Shown piece by piece: positions 58,991 through 64,000 of a DNA stretch of 64,000 bases. The stretch's first letter is position 1. Every line of letters begins with the position of its first letter. This DNA comes from Longimicrobiales bacterium (GTDB taxonomy: Bacteria; Gemmatimonadota; Gemmatimonadetes; Longimicrobiales; Gaopeijiaceae), in the NCBI GenBank assembly GCA_963422615.1, contig OY730414.1, positions 1,968,302-2,032,301 on the forward strand, in the 5' to 3' direction. Made by a program: the position numbers and the translations under genes. The notes beneath the pieces are model-generated. The model ran no database searches. It was not told the DNA's origin and saw only the letters and a list, made by a program, of their open reading frames with translations.

Positions 58991-60453
58991 ATCAGCATCC
59001 GGGCAGCGCTTTCGGCGGCGCCGATGGTGCGGCCCGCGTTGATCCCGAAGTACACATTGAGGAAGATCAAGGCCCACGTGGGGGCCAACAGGACGAAAGG
59101 GGCTTCGGCAACCTTCTCGTCTCCCCGGGGAAACTCCCGAAAGTAGGCCGACTCCACGACCCTCCACACGTAAACCAGGGCCATGACCGATGTGACCAGG
59201 ACGATCCCCGCCACGGGCCACCAACCCTTCTCGAGCGCGCCCAGAATCAGGTACCACTTGCTGATGAAGCCCACGGTGAGGGGCACGCCGACCAGACTCA
59301 GGCCCCCGGCGACGAAGGCCGCCATCGTCAAGGGCATGCGCTTCCCCAGGCCGGCCATGGCGTCGATGTGAACGGAGCCGATCCGGTAGGCCACGCATCC
59401 CAGGACCATGAACAGGGCACCCTTCATGAGGGCGTGGTTGAAGAGGTGGAGGAGGGTCGCCGTCAACCCGGTCACCGAAGCGAAGGAGAGACCGAGGATC
59501 ATGTAGCCGATCTGCGCCACCGAGGAGTACGCCAGCAGTCGCTTCACGTTTACCTGGAAGATGGCCACGAGAGACATGCTGAAGATGGCCACGACGGCGA
59601 GAAGCAGGAGGATCCGGTCCAACCTCATGACATCGAAGGAAAAGGCGGCACCGAAGAGAGTCAGGCTGAACCGCAGGAGCATGTACACGGCGACCTTGGT
59701 AGCCGTCGCCGCGAGAAAGGCCGTCACCGCGGAGGGTGCAAAGGTGTAGGCGTTCGGAAGCCAGAGGTGGAGGGGGAAGAGGGCCAGCTTCAGGAAGAAC
59801 CCGACGGCCAGAAAGCCATAGGCCACCTTGACCGTCCGGGTATCGGCGATCTCGGGGATGCGTTCCGCGAGGTCTGCCATGTTCAGGGTGCCCGTCATCG
59901 CGTAAAGGAGGCCGATGCCGATGACGATGAAGGTGGCGCCGATGGAGCCCATGACCAGGTACCGGAAGGCCGCCGTCAATGCCCGCCGATCCTGCCCCAG
60001 GGAGATCAGGGCATACGCCGAAAGGGAGGAGATCTCCAGAAAAACAAAGACGTTGAAGACATCTCCTGTCGCGGCGATGCCCAGGAGCCCCGCGAGGCAC
60101 AGGAGAAAGGCCGCATAGAAGAGAGGGATGCGCCGGGCTTCCACCTCCCGTTCCACGCTGGCCTGGGCGTAGGGGGCCACCATGGCGGCGACGGTCGACA
60201 CGAGGACCAGAACCCAGGCGTTGACCGCATCGATCCGGTACTCAATCCCGAACGGGGGCGGCCAACCCCCGACGGCGTACGACAAGGGACCCGAGGCAAG
60301 GACGGTGGCCAGGAGGTTGAGGGAAATGAAGAGGGCGGACAGGCTCCCGAAAACCGCCAGGGTCCAGGCCACCTTCCCGTGCCGCACGAGGAAGCAGAAT
60401 GGCGCCAACAGGAGGGGCACGACCACCTGGAGAATCGGAAAGTGTTCGGCCAT
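58975..60453 (-). CDS. mrpD: Mrp antiporter subunit D (first copy)
   Basis: WPPPFGIE, FNVFVFLEI, WLPNAY and KRLLAYSSVAQIGY. Confidence 0.9.
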   Translation of the reverse strand: MAEHFPILQVVVPLLLAPFCFLVRHGKVAWTLAVFGSLSALFISLNLLATVLASGPLSYAVGGWPPPFGIEYRIDAVNAWVLVLVSTVAAMVAPYAQASVEREVEARRIPLFYAAFLLCLAGLLGIAATGDVFNVFVFLEISSLSAYALISLGQDRRALTAAFRYLVMGSIGATFIVIGIGLLYAMTGTLNMADLAERIPEIADTRTVKVAYGFLAVGFFLKLALFPLHLWLPNAYTFAPSAVTAFLAATATKVAVYMLLRFSLTLFGAAFSFDVMRLDRILLLLAVVAIFSMSLVAIFQVNVKRLLAYSSVAQIGYMILGLSFASVTGLTATLLHLFNHALMKGALFMVLGCVAYRIGSVHIDAMAGLGKRMPLTMAAFVAGGLSLVGVPLTVGFISKWYLILGALEKGWWPVAGIVLVTSVMALVYVWRVVESAYFREFPRGDEKVAEAPFVLLAPTWALIFLNVYFGINAGRTIGAAESAARMLMEAVS

Positions 60454-60830
60454 CAGTGCCCCTTTTCCGTTTCGATCCGGTGGATCTCGTCCTCTTCCAC
60501 CGTCCCGTACGCCTCTTTGATGCGCACCACCAGCGCCAATCCCACCGAGGTGGTGGCGATGCCCACCACGATGGCGGTGAGGATAAGCACGTGGGGAAGC
60601 GGGTTTGAGTAGACGGCCCCGGGGTCATCCAGAAGGATGGGCGCGGTGCCCCCGGTGATTCGCCCCATGCTGATGTAGAGCATGAATACGGACGTCTGGA
60701 AAATACTCAGACCGACAAGCTTCTTGATCAGATTCCCTCGGGATATGAGGATGTAGAAGCCCACCATCATGAGGAAGATGACGATCCAGTAGTTGTAGGA
60801 GGAAACGACCTGGTCAACGAGGAGGTTCAC
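60453..60830 (-). CDS. mrpC: Mrp antiporter subunit C
   Basis: NLIKK and NPLPHVLILTAIVV. GTGA-coupled start. Confidence 0.9.
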   Translation of the reverse strand: MNLLVDQVVSSYNYWIVIFLMMVGFYILISRGNLIKKLVGLSIFQTSVFMLYISMGRITGGTAPILLDDPGAVYSNPLPHVLILTAIVVGIATTSVGLALVVRIKEAYGTVEEDEIHRIETEKGH

Positions 60831-61252
60831 GGATCGCTCCTCTTCCGTCCGGCAAAGAGGTAGAAGATCGTCACCATGACGCCGAACACGGTCACCAGAA
60901 CCCCGGCCTCCACCCCCAGGATCCCGTAGTGCTGGCCGTGCTTTGGGTCGTGGGACAGGATGCCGTATTCCAGGTAGTTCACCCCCAAGGCTAGGGTCAC
61001 GACTCCGACACCCGCGAAGATCAGCACGCCCAGGGCGGCACACGTTTGTACGAACCATGGAGGCAGGACCCGCTGAACGGCGTCCAGACCGTAGACCAAG
61101 GCAAGGAGGACAAAGGCCGCCGCGAGGATCACACCCGCTTGAAACCCCCCTCCCGGACTGTAGTCCCCATGAAAGTGGACATAGAGCGCAAAGGTGACGA
61201 TAAAGGGCGTCAGGACCTTGGCGCCCACTCGCAGGATGACCTCTTCCCTCAC
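60827..61252 (-). CDS. mrpB: Mrp antiporter subunit B
   Basis: HGDYSPGGGFQAG. Confidence 0.9.
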   Translation of the reverse strand: MREEVILRVGAKVLTPFIVTFALYVHFHGDYSPGGGFQAGVILAAAFVLLALVYGLDAVQRVLPPWFVQTCAALGVLIFAGVGVVTLALGVNYLEYGILSHDPKHGQHYGILGVEAGVLVTVFGVMVTIFYLFAGRKRSDP

Positions 61253-61809
61253 GCCTTCGACCCCCCGTTTTCCCTACTTGTGCGACGCCTCGCCCCACCG
61301 GAGAGAAGGAGCATCACGGCCACCGCGGCGGCAAACACCACGGTCGTCTCTCCCAGGGTGTCGTACCCCCGGTAGGACGCCAGAACCGCGGTCACAACAT
61401 TGGGCACACCGGTCTCGTGGAGACCTTCTTCCAGATAGTGGTCGGCGACGTGGTGGTGGACCGGGTTGGAGGGGTCCCCGAAGGGCGGGAGGTCCGTGGT
61501 GCCGTAGACCAGGACGCCGCCGGTCACCAGGACGACGATCAGCGGGAGAAGGGCCGGGCGGGCGGGCTTCTTTTCCCGGTGACCCACCAGGGCCAGGGCC
61601 CCCAGAAAGAGCACGGTGGAGATCCCTGCCCCCACCGCCGCTTCGGTGAAGGCGACGTCCACCGCATCCATCACGGTGAACAGGCCCGCCGAAAGGAGCG
61701 AATAGATCCCGGCCAGCATGACGACGGCGAAGAGGTTGCGGACCCTGAGAAGCGCAAGCGCCGTCGCCGCCAGCAACGTCAACAACACGAGGTCGGTCAG
61801 GGTCTGGAT
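61249..61809 (-). CDS. DUF4040 / MrpB-related subunit
   Basis: AVDVAFTEAAVGAG and PNVVTAVLASYRGYDTLGE. Start uncertain (ATC 61809 follows AAGGAGG). Confidence 0.85.
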   Translation of the reverse strand: MQTLTDLVLLTLLAATALALLRVRNLFAVVMLAGIYSLLSAGLFTVMDAVDVAFTEAAVGAGISTVLFLGALALVGHREKKPARPALLPLIVVLVTGGVLVYGTTDLPPFGDPSNPVHHHVADHYLEEGLHETGVPNVVTAVLASYRGYDTLGETTVVFAAAVAVMLLLSGGARRRTSRENGGSKA

Positions 61810-62147
61810 GGCTGGCCTCCTTCCGAGCCTTCTCCGGCCCTGTCCCGGGTGTACGGCCGAATCCCCACATGAAGCGCGGCCTTCGCCAGGGCATACGAGG
61901 AAATGGGGCTGGTGAAACACAGGAGCAAGAGAATCAAGCCCAGGCGAACCACGATCAGGGGGTCGCCGGCGCGGAAACACAGCCCCACGAGGATCAGCCC
62001 CGCACCCATGGTGTCGGTCATGCTCCCTGCGTGCATGCGGGTGAAGACGTCGGGCAGGCGGAGCATTCCCAGCGCCCCCGTCAGGGTGAAAAACGCCCCC
62101 GCAAGGAGAAGCACCCACGCCAACACGTCCATGACCGCGCCCGTCAT
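61797..62147 (-). CDS. mrpG: Mrp antiporter subunit G
   Basis: RLPDVFTRMHA and TSPISSYALAKAA. Confidence 0.9.
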   Translation of the reverse strand: MTGAVMDVLAWVLLLAGAFFTLTGALGMLRLPDVFTRMHAGSMTDTMGAGLILVGLCFRAGDPLIVVRLGLILLLLCFTSPISSYALAKAALHVGIRPYTRDRAGEGSEGGQPSRP

Positions 62148-62443
62148 TCGGCGTCTGCGGCGTCTGTTGAACCCTCGCCCGGGGCCTCGGCCCCCAGGTC
62201 GCCGTATTCGAAGTACTTCAGCACGGCGATGGTGCCGATGAAGTTGATCAGGGTGTAGACAAGGGCTAGGTCAAGGAAGTCGGGGCGGCCGGAGAGGAAG
62301 CCCAGGACGGCAATAAGCACCACCGTCATGGTGCCGATGTTGTTCAACGCCAGAACCCGGTCGTACGCCGTCGGGCCCAAGAGGGCCCGGCACATGACCA
62401 GGGCCATCGCCACCAACAGGGCCACCGCCACCACCGTGAACAT
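62144..62443 (-). CDS. mrpF: Mrp antiporter subunit F
   Basis: GPTAYDRVLA and DLALVYTLINFIGT. Confidence 0.9.
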   Translation of the reverse strand: MFTVVAVALLVAMALVMCRALLGPTAYDRVLALNNIGTMTVVLIAVLGFLSGRPDFLDLALVYTLINFIGTIAVLKYFEYGDLGAEAPGEGSTDAADAE

Positions 62444-62445
62444 GG

Positions 62446-62928
62446 TCAGGAGCTCGGTCCCTCCAGAACCGTAACGCGTCGGTTCATCTCGTTCTCTTCG
62501 GAGCCGTCAACTTCGCTCCGGGCGATGGCGTGGACTTCGAAATCGTCTCCGTTAATCCCGGTCGTCACCGTACCCGGGGTCAGGGTGATGGAGTTGGCAT
62601 AGATGAAGCGGCCCAGATCCGTCTTTTGAGAGGAGCGGAATTGCACCACGGCGGGATCCAGGGAAAGGCGGGGCGACAAGATCATTCGGGCGACCCGGAC
62701 GTTGGAACGCAGGATCTGCCACAGAAGCCAGGGAATGTAGGCAAGGGCCCGCCCAGCCAGGTGGAAAGGAACCGACTCGGCGTCCAGGGTTCGCATGCGC
62801 ACGGCAACATAAACGGCAAGGGTACATGTCCCTGCCCCGAAGATGAGGAGGAGCCGACTTTCCCAGTGTCCCGATAGCAACAGCCAACCAATGAACAGGA
62901 TCACCCAAAGTCCCAGGATTCTGCTCAA
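62446..62928 (-). CDS. mrpE: Mrp antiporter subunit E
   Basis: WLLLSGH and ANSITLTPGT. AAGGAGG RBS before TTG 62928. Confidence 0.9.
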   Translation of the reverse strand: MSRILGLWVILFIGWLLLSGHWESRLLLIFGAGTCTLAVYVAVRMRTLDAESVPFHLAGRALAYIPWLLWQILRSNVRVARMILSPRLSLDPAVVQFRSSQKTDLGRFIYANSITLTPGTVTTGINGDDFEVHAIARSEVDGSEENEMNRRVTVLEGPSS

Positions 62929-63009
62929 AACCGTGGACCTCCTTCCAGGCACGGATTTTCAGGAGGGTGGCCAAGCGCTGCGTTTGCCCGATACATAATC
63001 GGAGCGAAT

Positions 63010-63600
63010 CTACCAGTTGGACTGGGCCCCGTCCACTATTTCCTGGACAAGGAGCTCAATGGCTTCGTTTCGTCCCACGTCCTCCGTCTCGCTTGCGTCT
63101 AGGTACTGGCCCCGCACGCGAAGCTGGGACTGGTCCCACAGGATGACATTCTCCGCCCGATCCAGAATTTCCACCGAGACGACAAGGACAACCTCCCGCT
63201 GCAGGACCTGGACACTCTCGGTCTGGGCGCCCCGCTGATAGAGAGGAGCCGTCAGTTCGTAGCTGCGAATGGACCCGGAAACCACTGCATCCGCCGACTC
63301 CTCCCCGCCCTGGGTCAAGCCGAGGGAACGCGGAAGCTGGCGGAGAAGGGCCTGATGGACCTCCTGGGTCAGCTCGAACCTGTTCGTTTCGTTCTCAAAG
63401 GGAATGACGGCAAGCGTACGAACGTGTTCGGGGAACCCCGCACCCGCCGAAAAGGAGTAGTTGCACCCGCCCGCGCCCAAAGCGGTGGCGACCACCGAAG
63501 CAGCGGCAACGACGTTCGAAGGACAGAGGAAGCGGAGGGACAAGAACGGGCCGTTTCGCCTACGGACCGCTCGGGTCCCAGATATCCGGTGGGAAGACAT
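63010..63600 (-). CDS. lptE: LPS assembly lipoprotein LptE family
   Basis: GGCNYSF lipobox, TLAVIPFENET and C-terminal IVDGAQSNW. Start uncertain. Confidence 0.78.
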   Translation of the reverse strand: MSSHRISGTRAVRRRNGPFLSLRFLCPSNVVAAASVVATALGAGGCNYSFSAGAGFPEHVRTLAVIPFENETNRFELTQEVHQALLRQLPRSLGLTQGGEESADAVVSGSIRSYELTAPLYQRGAQTESVQVLQREVVLVVSVEILDRAENVILWDQSQLRVRGQYLDASETEDVGRNEAIELLVQEIVDGAQSNW

Positions 63601-64000
63601 CCACATATTCGAAGGACTCGAGGTTGAGCTTGAGTTCGCGAAAGTCCAGCAGATTACGATAGGTGGCCTGTGCGGGATAGGGCCGTTTGTCCCGGAAAGA
63701 AACGGAAACCCGTTCCACGACCGACCCACCGGCGAGAAACTCCGCCTCTACGACGACCCCGTCACGAATGCGGAAGCGCACCTGATCCCCTTGAGGAAGC
63801 CGGAAGTCGACCTCTGTTTCTCCCCCGTCCTGGCGCCCCCCCAGGAATTGGGCGTTGCCGCCGGGACGAAGTACCCCGAGGACCGCCCACAACAAGGGAG
63901 GCGGCGGGACGAGCTCGGTCGGAACCGCCTGGGGAATCTTCAGATGGTCCTCCACCAGCGCGGCGACGGCAGCCGTCTCCCCGTTGTCCAGGAAGAGGTC
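63560..64000 (-). CDS. Hypothetical protein (partial; start beyond window end)
   Basis: Frame open to the window edge (DLFLDNGETAAVAALVED...PPPPLLWAVLGVLRPG...FPPDIW). Confidence 0.65.
   Translation of the reverse strand, partial: DLFLDNGETAAVAALVEDHLKIPQAVPTELVPPPPLLWAVLGVLRPGGNAQFLGGRQDGGETEVDFRLPQGDQVRFRIRDGVVVEAEFLAGGSVVERVSVSFRDKRPYPAQATYRNLLDFRELKLNLESFEYVDVFPPDIWDPSGP

Noticed and set aside
1..64000. CRISPR array or cas operon accompanying the CARF relic
   Set aside because: No regularly spaced repeats in any intergenic region and no cas-like ORFs were seen.

Overview
High-GC bacterial chromosomal segment. Gene content and protein style suggest Gemmatimonadota, possibly marine (inference only). 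It is mostly housekeeping and metabolic DNA: etfB, NhaC-type antiporter, mpg, a NYN/LOTUS/HhH protein, aroB, PBP1A, pyrimidine-nucleoside phosphorylase, gltA, acnA, nfeD-floA, an acyl-CoA beta-oxidation-type cluster, rng, recQ, a B12-binding/carboxyltransferase/AtuA cluster, murB, a MATE pump, rdgB, rfaE2, a 10-gene Mrp operon with three MrpD and no MrpA, lptE, tRNA-Leu(CAA) and tRNA-Pro(TGG). Three signals are not explained by the ORF track. (1) An islet downstream of tRNA-Pro holds a frameshifted Csx1-like HEPN+CARF relic with no CRISPR array or cas genes in the window. (2) A 47-codon relic of RNase PH sits in the canonical rph-rdgB position. (3) Four operon gaps are exactly filled by mini-ORFs that overlap both neighbours by NTGA junctions; one of them is bounded by a duplicated 16-bp RBS/stop-start cassette. 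All family assignments come from motif recognition by eye; no database searches were run.
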